Source: Nitrospirota bacterium
GTDB lineage: Bacteria > Nitrospirota > UBA9217
NCBI GenBank assembly: GCA_963845065.1
Contig: CAWJQQ010000005.1
Span: 353,542 to 417,541, forward strand
Direction of reading: 5' to 3'
DNA: 64,000 nt
Positions 10,231-20,934 of the stretch are shown here, piece after piece. A program made the position numbers and the translations under genes. Under the pieces are notes generated by a model. It saw only the letters and a list, made by a program, of their open reading frames with translations, did not search any database and had not been told where the DNA came from. Numbering within the stretch: the first letter of the stretch is position 1; every line of letters begins with the position of its first letter.

Positions 10231-11000
10231 CGTATCGCCGCGAATTCCCTTTCCGAAAGGGAGGGGATGAAAGGCGACATTTTTGACAAGATTTGATCCA
10301 TGTCCTATCTTTTACGGTACTGCATGCAATGTTGAAAATAAAAACTTATAAGTACCGCCTTTATCCTACGAAAAAACAGACATTGATTCTCACTCAAACG
10401 CTTGATGCCTGTCGGATACTCTATAATTCATGTATCGTAGACAGAAAAAACGCATTTGAAAAGCCGGCAAAGGGCTTACCAGGATATGACAGCAAGAGAT
10501 CCTTAAGAGCGACAAAACCAGAATAAATTCCCTTGATGGCATCCATTCCCAAGTCCTGCAGAATGTTTCGCGTTGACCGATCCTTTCAAAATTTCTTTCG
10601 CAGGGTTAAAGACAAGTCCGGGGATGCCGGTTACCCGAGGTTTAAGAGTATAGGGCAGTACGACTCCATCTATTATCCACGGATTCCAGGGTTTTAGATA
10701 ACGCCGCAGGGTCTTAAACTTTCCAAGATAGGAACCATCAAGGCAAAGCTTCACAGCCCTATCGTTGGAGATATCAAAACCTGCACGGTCAAAAGAGAAC
10801 TCGACAAATGGTATGCCTGCTTCGGCGTTGAGTATGCGCCAATTCACAGACCTGCATCCGATACGACCGCGGGATAGACGTAGGCATCTATAACTTCGCT
10901 GTCCTTATTTCTACGGGCGAAGCGACAGAAAACCCCAGACACCTGCGAACTGCGGAGAGAAAACTCGAGAAGATGCAACACAGGAATTCCGCGAAGAATG
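10231..11000 (+). pseudogene. tnpB: IS200/IS605 left end plus decayed, 3'-truncated tnpB
   Basis: LE-like hairpin GAATTCCCTTTCCGAAAGGGAGGGGATGAAAGGCG after TTTAA; ORF KTYKYRLYPT from 10329 with frameshifts and stops; GYPRFKS and ENPRHLR fragments; RuvC-II/III and RE missing. Confidence 0.85.
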
Positions 11001-11199
11001 CGGGCAGTTATGAGATAGGAGCGTCACGCGGTCTCCTGACTTCATGCCACGATCAACCAGCTCGGTGGCGAGCACCGTCGCCAGCCGGTTCATTCCAGAT
11101 AGAGAATTTCGTTCCAGAGAATTTCACAAAAATCGCACCCGGCGTCATTTTTGCACGTTTCTGCAGGACCTGATCAAGAGGCATGTAATCTTTTATCAT
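11000..11199 (-). pseudogene. N-terminal fragment of an AMP-binding acyl-CoA synthetase
   Basis: MIKDYMPLDQVLQKRAKMTP..., then frameshifted NRLATVLATELVDRGMKSGDRVTLLSHNCP; abuts the tnpB remnant. Confidence 0.6.
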
Positions 11200-11309
11200 G
11201 TGGATGAGTATACCATAGTCGCAAGAGCGGCAAAAGCCAAAAAAAGATAATTGGTAATACGCAGCAGGCGCATGCGACCGACATCGGAGGGTGCCGACTG
11301 TGAAGGAAT

Positions 11310-11343
11310 GGTCCTTGACAAGGACCGGGCAGTATTCTATCCT
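11310..11343 (+). promoter_or_regulatory. Sigma70-type promoter of tpx with a palindrome over the -35
   Basis: TTGACA (11315-11320), 17-bp spacer, TATCCT; GGTCCTTG-A-CAAGGACC palindrome. Confidence 0.55.
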
Positions 11344-11409
11344 TTTTATAAGAGTGCTAAGGTCCGTTTTTCAAGAAACAGGCAGGGGCATTTTTAAAGG
11401 AGGTACACA

Positions 11410-11940
11410 ATGGAACGAAAAGAGGTCGTCACCATGAAGGGAAAGCCGATGACGTTGATCGGGCCGGACATCAAGCCCGGCGATAAGGCCCCGGAGTTTA
11501 CAGTGTTGGATGGGACTTTGGGGGAAGTGAGGCTTAGCGACTTTGCGGGTAAAACGAAGATTATCAGTGTAACGCCATCACTGGATACGCCGGTTTGTGA
11601 CCTGCAGATAAGGCGCTTCAATCATGAGGCCGCAAACTTGCCACACGATGTTGTTGTGCTAAATATCAGCATGGACCTGCCGTTCGCGATCACTCGGTTC
11701 TGCACGACGGCAGAAATTGACCGGGCGAAAGCGCTATCGGACCATCGGGAAGCGTCTTTCGGCTCGATGTACGGTGTCCTGATAAAGGAGATGCGGCTTC
11801 TCGCGCGATCTATTTTTATTATCGACAAGGACGGTGTTGTCCGGTATAAAGAGATTGTTCCGGAGCAGACTAACCATCCGGATTATGACAAAGCGCTCTC
11901 TGCACTCATCATGATAACCAGCAAGGTAAAAGCAGCTTAG
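11410..11940 (+). CDS. tpx: Thiol peroxidase Tpx
   Basis: PSLDTPVC, SMDLPFA..RFC, RLLARS; AGGAGG RBS. Confidence 0.95.
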   Translation: MERKEVVTMKGKPMTLIGPDIKPGDKAPEFTVLDGTLGEVRLSDFAGKTKIISVTPSLDTPVCDLQIRRFNHEAANLPHDVVVLNISMDLPFAITRFCTTAEIDRAKALSDHREASFGSMYGVLIKEMRLLARSIFIIDKDGVVRYKEIVPEQTNHPDYDKALSALIMITSKVKAA

Positions 11941-11970
11941 AGGGCCGACGGACTGGGAGAGTAGAGGTGT

Positions 11971-13657
11971 CTGACCTACCCCATGTCTAAAGACAGGGAG
12001 TTCTAACGGCAATACCGACAGGCTTTTCGGCAACAATACAGACATTGCCGGCATCGACTGTCGTTGATCCGTTTTTAACGGGCGAGCAGCTCTGTCTCCG
12101 GTTTGTGGTGTTAGCTCTCGTGTTGTCAATACCGAAGCTGGCCGGATGAACCCGACCATTTGCCGCTTCATGCTGCACTCTCAACACCGCCCGTTCCAGG
12201 AGCAGGTTTGCACCCGGCCAGGCTGCTGCAGCCTGACGCGTGTCGAGGAAATCGTTAGAAACATATTTTGCGAGGTATGCGGAATAGAGATCACGCTGGC
12301 TGCTTGCCCCGCAGCTGCAGGCATGCCACCGTTGAGAGAGCGGTTTTTTGGCGACCGCTCCGCAGTGGCACGTCTGAGAAAGCTTTGTGCTCCGGGTAGA
12401 AAATTCAGTTACTTTACCGCCAGCGTTTTCGGCTTTGCGGCGAAGCATCGAAATAAACATCCCCGGAGCGCGTCTTGAAATGCTCTTACCATATAGTTTC
12501 TGGAATGCTATGTACAACAGTTTCTCGGTCTTTATGTTGGTTCCGAGCTTAAGAATTTCATTGGCGAGTTTGCCATGAGCTCGTTTTCTGGTTTCGGCCA
12601 AAACTCGCTGTAGTTCAGCTAGTTCAGCCTTAAGTGCAACGTATTTAGCGGAGAATATCCACCGCTTTTTACCCTTGCCGGCACCAGTCTTAGTCGTGCC
12701 GTCATCGTTGTAGTTGTCGAGGTTGGTAGCTCTCAGGCTTCTGTCCATCTTACGCTTGACGTTTTTGATACGTTTAAACGGTATCTCGACTTCGGGGCAG
12801 AATTCGAGAAGCAAAGCATCAGTATCGCCAACAATGGCTGACGTGGACGGACCGATATCGAGGCCAACGGTTTCAGTGCCGATCATATTTTCACGCTTGA
12901 TCTTGGCCGTGCCTTTTAGCACAAGTTGGGCGAACCAGCGGGGATTGCCGCGGATAGTTTTCTTCACCAGACGAACGTACTTGATATCATGGCTAAGAGC
13001 ATGGGCTTGAACGCAAAACTTGTCTTTTTTGTCGAAGGTACACCTGAGGCTTAGCCCGGACCACTCAACATGGTCATCGCACCACCGGATACCGGACTTG
13101 TTGTTTTTGCCTTCGAGCGAAGACATCCAGCCACGACGCTTGAAACGTGGTTTGCCATGCTTGCCGAACTCGTAGTCAGAGACGGCATCAAACGCCCTGG
13201 TCGCTATCTTCTGGGCGGTCAAGCTGTCAATGTGGTCACCGATCCAGCAGGAGTTACGTAGGATGCCGACGTAGTTGTGAATGTGGTATTCGGTATATTC
13301 AGCCTTGTTTCTGGCTGTCTTAAACATCTTGGTGCGAAGCTTGCTTTTCTTCTTCGTGACTGCCACGAGCCATTATGGGGATCGGCGCATGGCGGCAAGA
13401 CGCTTCATCGATTCACCAAGGCAGGCATTGTACAGATAACGGCCAGCTTCGAGCCGGACATCTAGCGTTCGATTATCCTTTGGAGTCACTACGAGTTGGA
13501 ACTCGTGTACAAAAGATGGGGTTTTAGGTTTACGTTTACGAGGCATTGGTTGCTCAAATATACCACATAGATGTACATTTGGCTATTAATTGCCGAAAAA
13601 CAAAGTTCCCGCATGCATCCCCATGGTTAAAACCAGGGGCTTTCTGCGGAGAGGTTG
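11971..13657 (-). mobile_element. IS200/IS605-family tnpB-only element
   Basis: Minus strand: TTTAC|CAACCTCTCCGCAG-AAAG-CCCCTGGTTTTAACCATGGGG (LE); RE GAAC-TCCCTGTCTTTAGACATGGGG-TAGGTCAG. Confidence 0.85.
11987..13546 (-). pseudogene. tnpB: Large TnpB (~519 aa) with one in-frame TAA at 13373-13375
   Basis: MPRKRKPKTPSFVHEF start at 13546 is in frame with the 459-aa ORF; RuvC motifs GLDIG, KTEKL and QRDLYSA and the Zn finger are intact. Confidence 0.85.
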
Positions 13658-13665
13658 GTAAAAAG

Positions 13666-13705
13666 AAAAAGGCCGGTCTCAAGATACAATGAGGCCGGTC
13701 TTTTT
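13666..13705. terminator. Intrinsic terminator after csp, probably bidirectional
   Basis: AAAAAGGCCGGTCTCA...TGAGGCCGGTCTTTTT. Confidence 0.75.
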
Positions 13706-13717
13706 ATAGTTTGATGC

Positions 13718-13918
13718 TTAGAGTTTTACAACATTCGCTGCTTTGGGCCCTTTGGGGCTGTCAACAACGTCGAACGTCACACCCTGACCTTCGGACAGGC
13801 TCTTGAAGCCGCTGTCCTGGATGTCAGAGAAGTGAACAAAAACATCTCCGCCGTCTTCTTTGGTAATGAATCCAAAACCTTTGGAATCATTGAACCACTT
13901 AACGGTTCCTTTTGCCAT
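13718..13918 (-). CDS. cspA: Cold-shock protein (CspA family)
   Basis: GTVKWFN, KGFGFI, DVFVHFS; GGAGG RBS. Confidence 0.95.
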   Translation of the reverse strand: MAKGTVKWFNDSKGFGFITKEDGGDVFVHFSDIQDSGFKSLSEGQGVTFDVVDSPKGPKAANVVKL

Positions 13919-14182
13919 TCAGGTTGAACCTCCTTCTGTGGGTATTGAAGATGACGGAAATGCCATAAAAAAAACCGCAAAGCGTACAATCTTTGCGGCT
14001 CCTCTCACAACAAAGACTTCCGTACTTCGGTTGCAATAATCTCATAGTAACGTTTAAAAGTCAAGCACTTTAATGATGTTTCACACAGACGGTCCTTCAT
14101 TTCACGAGAAGTATTGTGTACAATATGGACAGTCCCAAAAATGGAGGGTATACTTTTTATAAGAAGAAATTAAGGAGACAGC

Positions 14183-16015
14183 ATGACCAGTTATCGACAA
14201 AATGTTTTAAAAGTGGAGCACATTGTCTGGAATTTAAAACCACTATTCGCGGGGGATACTGATGCGCGAATGGTTGAAAAAAGAAAAATCGTAGAGCAGA
14301 AAAGCTATGAGTTCATCAACGAGTGGAAAGACCGCACAGATTACCTCGAAGATCCACTCACCCTCAGGGAGGCACTCGACCAGTACGAATCATGGAAGCG
14401 CCACTTCGGGACTGATGGGGATGAAGGGTACTATTTCTGGCTTAGGACTCAGCAGGACCAGATCGACGCAAAGCTCAAAGCCAAATTCAACAAAATAGAA
14501 GACTTTAGCAAGAAGCTGGAGAACGAGAGCCAGTTTTTTTATCTTCGCATCGCAAGGATCAAGCCGGAGGCCCAGAAGAAGTTTCTCGAGCATGAGGCCC
14601 TCATAAAATATCGTCACTTCCTGGAGCGTATCTTTGCCGAATCACATTATCATCTGAGCGAACCAGAAGAAAAAATATTGAACCTCAAATCGGCAACGTC
14701 CTATACAAACTGGACGAAAATGACGTCGGCTTTCCTCTCCAAGGAAGAGCGGAGCGTCCTAACCGAAAAAGGTAAGAAGAAAGTTATGCCATTCACTGAG
14801 ATCATAGGCCTCATGAACAGTAAAAACAAACGGGTCTGCGATTCTGCAGCACAGGCCTTCAACGAAATCCTGCATGAGAATGTGGAGATCGCCGAAGCAG
14901 AGCTCAATTCAGTGCTTGCAAACAAGAAAATCGACGATGAGCTCCGCAGTTCACCGAGGCCGGATACGCTTCGGCACCTTGCCGATGACATTGAGAGCGA
15001 GGTTGTGGATACTCTGATCGATTCCGTAGCAGGTCGTTTTGATATCTCGACGCGGTATTATGCACTGAAGGCGAAAATGCTCAAGGTTAGAAAACTTGAG
15101 TATCATGAACGAAACGTGGAGTATGGTATAGTCGCGAAGCATTTTCCCTATCAACAGTCAGTGAATCTCGTCTACACAGTCATGAACAAGTTAGATAGGA
15201 AGTTTGGGGAGGTTTTTGCCAGTTTCATTAAAAAAGGCCAGATCGATGCCTACCCACGTAAGGGCAAGGACAGCGGCGCCTTCTGTATCCATCATCTCAT
15301 TACCCAACCAACATACATCCTCCTAAACCATACGAATAAATTGCATGATGTTCTTACGATAGCTCACGAGCTTGGTCACGGAATCAACAACGAGTTGATA
15401 AGGGCAAAACAGCACGCACTGGATTTCGGTACGCCGACTTCTACTGCCGAGGTTGCGAGTACATTCATGGAGGATTTTGTACTCGAAGAGATCATCCAGT
15501 CCGCCAATGAGGAATTGCGACTAGCAATAATGATGCAGAAATTGAATGACGATGTATCGTCCATCTTCCGGCAGGTTGCGTGCTACCGATTCGAACAGGA
15601 GCTCCACAAGGAATTTCGCGCCAACGGGTACCTCTCGAAGGAAGAGATCGGTGAACTATTTCAGAAGCACATGGCTGCGTATATGGGCAAGGCCGTGGAG
15701 CAGTCTGCGGGCTCGGAGAACTGGTGGGTTTACTGGAACCATATCCGGTATTTCTTCTACGTCTATTCCTATGCGAGCGGCCTCCTGATTTCCAAATCGC
15801 TTCAGCACTCGGTAAAGGTGGACCCCGCCTTCATTGTTAAGGTAAAAGAATTCCTGTCCGCCGGTCTTTCCGAATCGCCGAAGAATATTTTTAGCCGGCT
15901 TGGGATCGACATATCGGATACGCAATTCTGGAACAAAGGGCTGGATGAAGTTGAAAAGTTGCTGGATGATACCGAGCAGCTAGCGAAAAGATTGGGGAAG
16001 ATAAAGGGAAAATAA
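14183..16015 (+). CDS. pepF: M3 family oligoendopeptidase F
   Basis: HELGH zinc motif, GKDSGAFC, TAEVASTFME, FYVYSYA. Confidence 0.92.
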   Translation: MTSYRQNVLKVEHIVWNLKPLFAGDTDARMVEKRKIVEQKSYEFINEWKDRTDYLEDPLTLREALDQYESWKRHFGTDGDEGYYFWLRTQQDQIDAKLKAKFNKIEDFSKKLENESQFFYLRIARIKPEAQKKFLEHEALIKYRHFLERIFAESHYHLSEPEEKILNLKSATSYTNWTKMTSAFLSKEERSVLTEKGKKKVMPFTEIIGLMNSKNKRVCDSAAQAFNEILHENVEIAEAELNSVLANKKIDDELRSSPRPDTLRHLADDIESEVVDTLIDSVAGRFDISTRYYALKAKMLKVRKLEYHERNVEYGIVAKHFPYQQSVNLVYTVMNKLDRKFGEVFASFIKKGQIDAYPRKGKDSGAFCIHHLITQPTYILLNHTNKLHDVLTIAHELGHGINNELIRAKQHALDFGTPTSTAEVASTFMEDFVLEEIIQSANEELRLAIMMQKLNDDVSSIFRQVACYRFEQELHKEFRANGYLSKEEIGELFQKHMAAYMGKAVEQSAGSENWWVYWNHIRYFFYVYSYASGLLISKSLQHSVKVDPAFIVKVKEFLSAGLSESPKNIFSRLGIDISDTQFWNKGLDEVEKLLDDTEQLAKRLGKIKGK

Positions 16016-16149
16016 AGGAATTGTCAGGCTTATCGGTTTCACTTTTTCATTACCAGCTTCAATCCCGGCCTGACTTTATCCACGGAAGATGCGTTAATAC
16101 CAACGTGGAGAGGGGACAATGCAACGTCACTGACTGTGTTGATAAATGT

Positions 16150-16272
16150 TGGGTGATTAGTGTAATTCGAGCTACCGTCGTTGTGTCTTTTAATGGGATT
16201 TTTCAGATTTGATGTATTTAAAAAAGAAAAAAAGGAGTGATCTGGTTTGCTATGAAGAATATAAACGTAAAT
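16150..16272 (-). pseudogene. GIY-YIG nuclease fragment immediately downstream of tRNA-Asp
   Basis: IYVYILHS...TSNLKNPIKRHNDG..YT; no start codon, and the YIG motif is degraded. Confidence 0.6.
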
Positions 16273-16294
16273 GGAATTTCGCGGCAATAAACAC

Positions 16295-16371
<77 letters not shown>

Positions 16372-16397
16372 CGTTTTTTGAACTATTTATTTTAATA

Positions 16398-16473
16398 TGG
16401 TAGGCGGAACAGGGATCGAACCTGTGACCCCAGCCTTGTAAGGGCTGTGCTCTCCCAGCTGAGCTATCCGCCC
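16398..16473 (-). tRNA. tRNA-Val(TAC)
   Basis: GGGCGGATAGCTCAGCTGGGAGAGCACAGCCCT-TAC-AAGGCTG...GGTTCGATCC...TACCA; 76 nt. Confidence 0.97.
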
Positions 16474-16568
16474 GTTCCAACCACTTGGAGAGTGGTAATA
16501 TCTATTATTCTTGCAAAAATGTCAAGCGAAATTTATCCCTTAGTACAGACATAGCCGCGAAAAGGTTC

Positions 16569-17039
16569 CTATTTTTTCAACGCCGGACTTATCAAGAGCA
16601 GGAGTATCCCATCGGCGAGAAGCAGCAAGTTAAGTGATGCACTTACAGCGTGAAGCCTACTGAACCGCTTCCGCGCCGGAGAGTCTGGTGGCTCGCGTTC
16701 GAATGATATGATCAGTTGCTTGACGCGAACCGTGTCGGGATGAAGCTTGAAAACAATGTACGCGTTTATAAAAAGGGCAATCGTCACAAGAAAGAGCGAA
16801 AGACGGGCCGTCGTAGTGCTCTGATCACCCGCAATCAGGAAAAACATGATGAGTGCAAGGGCGGCGATGGCCAAATTATAAAGAAAATAGCCGGGAAAGA
16901 GTTTGCCAACAATCTCGCCAGCCTGATCCCTGCTGAAAGTACGGAATATCGCAGGCGTGATGTTGAAAGTAAAAACCGCGATACCGCCTACCCAAAGGGC
17001 AAGAATGAGAATGTAAATAGACCTCCACGATAGTATCAT
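16569..17039 (-). CDS. DUF4149/TMEM205-like membrane protein
   Basis: PAIFRTF..DQAGEIVGKLFPGY and RFSRLHAVS; four TM helices. Confidence 0.8.
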   Translation of the reverse strand: MILSWRSIYILILALWVGGIAVFTFNITPAIFRTFSRDQAGEIVGKLFPGYFLYNLAIAALALIMFFLIAGDQSTTTARLSLFLVTIALFINAYIVFKLHPDTVRVKQLIISFEREPPDSPARKRFSRLHAVSASLNLLLLADGILLLLISPALKK

Positions 17040-17040
17040 G

Positions 17041-18945
17041 CTACTCCCTGAACGACATGGTCAATTCGTATACCCCGCCGTCGTTATGTCTATCGATAAT
17101 GAACCCCATTTTTTCGAACAGGTGGAGCATCTGTTGGTTCTCCATCAATACTGCTGCAGTGAAACCGAGGAGGCCCTTCTTCTTTCCAAGGTACGTGATA
17201 TAGTCAAGGAGTGAAGCACCGATGCCTTTCCCCTGATAATCGTCGCGAACGACAAACGCCACTTCGGCAGTGTGCCTGGTCGCATCGATCAGGTACTGGG
17301 CCATCCCCACGATCAATTCCTTCTCATCCTGCGGGATTACGGCAAGAATCAGCATTTCCTTGGTGTAGTCTATTACAACAAAAGGCTGCAAGCGGTCGTG
17401 GTGCATGTCCGTCCGAGTCGAGATAAAACGGCGGTACATGGAGTCGTTCGACAAAGAATAGAAGAAGTCCTTCAGTAGGTGCTCATCGGAAAGTCTTACG
17501 GGGCGGAGAAGCAAGGATAGGCCTGTTTTCGTGGTCCGGGGGGTTTCTAGTTCCTCTGGGTAGACACCTTGATCGCCGGAAATGAAAGCTTGATCGCGGT
17601 ATATCAGGCCGTTCTCCTTGGCTTCATCTATGAGCAGTTGACGGAATTTCGGGTGTGCGATTGAGATCAAATCCATGGCGCGTTCGCGGATGTTCTTGCC
17701 GTGAAGATAGGCAATACCATACTCAGTGACTACATAGTGGATGTCGCCGCGAGAGAGCGTTACGCCCGCGCCTACCCTGAGATATGGGACGATGCGTGAT
17801 ATTTCGCCGTCTTCAGCGGTGGACTGTATTGCCAGAATAGTCTTGCCGCCCTTGGACAGGATCGCGCCACGCATGAAATCGGCCTGACCGCCGATGCCGC
17901 TGTAAAAGAGCTTTCCCAGAGACTCCGCCGTCGCCTGGCCAGACAAGTCGATCTCGAGGGCGCTGTTGATTGCGGTCATGTTTTTCTGTCGCGCCAACAC
18001 CGTGGGATTGTTGGTGTAATCTACAGGTCGAAACTCGATGGCCGGATTGTCATGCAGATAGTCGTAGGTGGATTGCTTGCCCATGCAAAATGCAGCGACG
18101 GTTTTGCCCCGATTAAGCTCCTTGCGGGAGTTGTCGATGACACGCGCCTGCATGAGATCGACGACGCCGTCGGTCAGCAGTTCTGTATGCACGCCAAGAT
18201 GCTCCTTTTTCTTCAGATGTGCGAGGATCGCATTCGGGATGCTCCCATACCCGACTTGGATTGTGTCCCCGTCCTGCACGATGCGGGCAACGTAGGTGCC
18301 TATCTTCTGGCTGATCTCGTCAGAGACTGAGTCGCTGTATTCCAGGAGCGGCTCTTCGTAGGTAATGATGAAGTTCACTTCATTGATGTTGATGAATGTT
18401 TCACCGAGAACGCGTGGCATACGGGGGTTCACCTGGGCAATGACGAGCGCTGCATTCTCCGTGGCGGCTTTTACGATGTCAACGCTGATGCCAAGACTCA
18501 TAAACCCGTGTTCGTCGGGTAGCGATGTCTGGATCAGTGCCACATCCACTGGTACGAGTTTCTGCCTGAACAGGCCGGGAACTTGGGAGAGAAAGACCGG
18601 GGTATAATCGGCCAGCCCCTGGTTCACTGCCCCGCGCGCATTGTTCCCGATGAAAAAGGAGTTGCGCCGGAAGTTGTCCTTGAACTTGTCGTCGGCGTAG
18701 GGCGCGACACCCAGGGTCCAGACCTGGAGCAGCTCCGCGTCGAAGAAGGCCTTAGGATGGGAACGAACGTAGTTGATCAGTTCCTTTACGAGCCATTGCG
18801 GCTCTCCGCAGCCCGTGCCGATAAAGATCCTGTTTCCGGGATGGATGGTACTGAAGATCCGCTCTGTCGTAGGGAACTTTTCGGGATAGAGAGCTTTAAC
18901 GGCCTCAATTTTGATCAAATCCTGGTTAACCACAGTATCTCCCAT
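17041..18945 (-). CDS. Acetyl-CoA hydrolase/transferase fused to a C-terminal GNAT domain
   Basis: GCGEP, LGVHTE, SGIGGQADF, VVTEYG; GNAT part AEVAFVVRDDYQGKGIG. Confidence 0.92.
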   Translation of the reverse strand: MGDTVVNQDLIKIEAVKALYPEKFPTTERIFSTIHPGNRIFIGTGCGEPQWLVKELINYVRSHPKAFFDAELLQVWTLGVAPYADDKFKDNFRRNSFFIGNNARGAVNQGLADYTPVFLSQVPGLFRQKLVPVDVALIQTSLPDEHGFMSLGISVDIVKAATENAALVIAQVNPRMPRVLGETFININEVNFIITYEEPLLEYSDSVSDEISQKIGTYVARIVQDGDTIQVGYGSIPNAILAHLKKKEHLGVHTELLTDGVVDLMQARVIDNSRKELNRGKTVAAFCMGKQSTYDYLHDNPAIEFRPVDYTNNPTVLARQKNMTAINSALEIDLSGQATAESLGKLFYSGIGGQADFMRGAILSKGGKTILAIQSTAEDGEISRIVPYLRVGAGVTLSRGDIHYVVTEYGIAYLHGKNIRERAMDLISIAHPKFRQLLIDEAKENGLIYRDQAFISGDQGVYPEELETPRTTKTGLSLLLRPVRLSDEHLLKDFFYSLSNDSMYRRFISTRTDMHHDRLQPFVVIDYTKEMLILAVIPQDEKELIVGMAQYLIDATRHTAEVAFVVRDDYQGKGIGASLLDYITYLGKKKGLLGFTAAVLMENQQMLHLFEKMGFIIDRHNDGGVYELTMSFRE

Positions 18946-19177
18946 TGTGCTGAGTATAGCAAAAATCTAGCAGTTTGACCTTTTTTACTTCATATTAAAA
19001 CAGTTGTGTTGGAATTGTATACCCTAGAAATCCCCCTTTGAAAAGCTTGACAGGTGCGCCTTGATTCTATAGTATAGACAAAAAAAACAGTTTACTGCCG
19101 AATGCGGTTTTGGCTATATCTAAAACTTTCGCCGCAGTATCGCGAAGGAACACGGGCAAAGGACAAGGAGGGGGCTT

Positions 19178-19543
19178 ATGACTTCAGAGCGGGTCAAGTT
19201 CATCAACCATGGAGGAAGAGACATTCTCTTCTTGAATTTTGTCGACTGCAGTGCGAACGATGTACTTCAGATCATAGATGAGGCTAAGCATGTCATCGGA
19301 ACGCAGCCAGAGGGCTCATTACTTACGCTTACGGATGTGACCAATGCGCGGTTCAACGAGGTCGTGACTGAGCGTATGAAGGATTTCACGACCCATAACA
19401 AGCCCTACGTAAAAGCAGCTGCCATTATCGGTATCAGCGGGATCAAAAAAATTATCTTTGAGGCGGTCATGATGTTTTCAAGACGAAAGATACATATTTT
19501 CAATGATATAAACGAAGCCAAGGTCTGGTTGATCACGAATTGA
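19178..19543 (+). CDS. Hypothetical protein, STAS/SpoIIAA-like (SEC14-like)
   Basis: LTLTDVT, NKPYVKAAAIIG, FNDINEAKVWL; strong RBS. Confidence 0.7.
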   Translation: MTSERVKFINHGGRDILFLNFVDCSANDVLQIIDEAKHVIGTQPEGSLLTLTDVTNARFNEVVTERMKDFTTHNKPYVKAAAIIGISGIKKIIFEAVMMFSRRKIHIFNDINEAKVWLITN

Positions 19544-19626
19544 ATAAGTCACTGATCATTTAGAAAAGGTTCTTCCATTCTCAATTATTTATTGTATATT
19601 AATATTTTGTATGATATAAAATTTTA

Positions 19627-20193
19627 ATGAAACTAAGCGTATGGGCAAAACAACAGGGCATAACTTATCAGGCCGCATGGAAGTGGTGGAAGGCCGGCAA
19701 ACTGCCAGTTGAAGCAGAACAGATGCCAACTGGGACGATAATTATTAAGGAGCAAAAAGCCATTCCTGGGGGTGTTGCACTTTATGCTCGAGTATCCAGT
19801 CATGGCCAGAGGAAAAATCTTGATGCCCAACTTGGCCGGCTTGCTGCGTATGCTGCATCTAAAGGCTTGTCAGTCTCCAAAGCGGTTGCGGAAATTGGTT
19901 CTGGTCTTAACGGGCATGGACCAAAACTGATGAAGCTGCTTATGGATCCTAATATAAGCAGTCTTGTAGTAGAGCATCGTGATAGGCTTATGCGTTTTGG
20001 CTCAGAATACGTAGAATCATCTCTGCAAGCTCAGGGGCGTAAGATTATTATTGTTGATCAGTCTGAGTTTAAGGACGATTTGGTGCAGGACATGAGAGAG
20101 GTGCTGACATCATTCTGCGCCAGGCTCTATGGACGCAAGTCCGCAGCAAATAAAGCAAAGAAAGCGCTTGACGCGATGGAGAATAGTAAGTAG
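19627..20193 (+). CDS. tnpA: IS607-family serine transposase TnpA (no downstream tnpB)
   Basis: MKLSVWAK MerR-like HTH, YARVSS, EIGSGLN, EHRDRLMRFG, DDLVQD, FCARLYG. Confidence 0.93.
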   Translation: MKLSVWAKQQGITYQAAWKWWKAGKLPVEAEQMPTGTIIIKEQKAIPGGVALYARVSSHGQRKNLDAQLGRLAAYAASKGLSVSKAVAEIGSGLNGHGPKLMKLLMDPNISSLVVEHRDRLMRFGSEYVESSLQAQGRKIIIVDQSEFKDDLVQDMREVLTSFCARLYGRKSAANKAKKALDAMENSK

Positions 20194-20934
20194 CAAAGAA
20201 ACAGACCAGAATGGCAGTGACAAGGACGTTCATTCACAGATCATGCTTTGTTAAGGGATTTCTCATATCTTAATTAAAAGAATGCCCTTTACCATATCCT
20301 CGATGATATGGGTACTTTATATGGCCACAGCAAACGCACTTTTTTGAGACAGTGTCAGGTCTGGGCAAAAACCCCTAGATTTCAAAAAATGATTATCTCA
20401 AGGAGTACGGGATTACAGCCTGGCAGTTCAATGCTATCCGATACGACCTTGATGGGGATATTAATTCAGCGATGGAGATGTCTAAGATTCGGATCCCGAA
20501 TCTAAAAGATAGAAATTAAATCCGTAAAGAAGTGGATCAAGTCCAAAGAAACAAAGGTTCGAATAATCCAAAATAACAATACTGTATCTCCCTCTGATCG
20601 GGCACAATAACTGAATAATATTCAATTCGCAATTGATAACAAAAATGGCAAGGTTAATCAGTTGGAAACACTTTTTGTCCAAAATAGGTTTTATCTTGGG
20701 CAGTATTTTTTTGGTATGGCGAGCAGTCCTGATATCTGCTTTTATGATCACCTTCCTTCATTTCAGTCCTTTTGGTGATTAACACCATGGACAATCCTCA
20801 TAAAGATCCAATACCTTGATGTGACTTCTCCGTGAACAAACACCTATTCACGCCTCTCGTGGTCTTCAAAGTTATATTTTTTCACCGCGCCACCCTTGAC
20901 CACTTGCGGATTCTCAACTACACTTACAAGTATC

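Noticed and set aside
11334..11360. CIRCE element upstream of tpx
   Set aside because: Only the right arm GAGTGCTAA is present; the left arm TTAGCACTC is missing.
11971..13657. IStron (group I intron plus IS605), suggested by the TCAG right end
   Set aside because: Only ~110 bp separate the LE from the tnpB start, too short for a group I core, and the site is intergenic.
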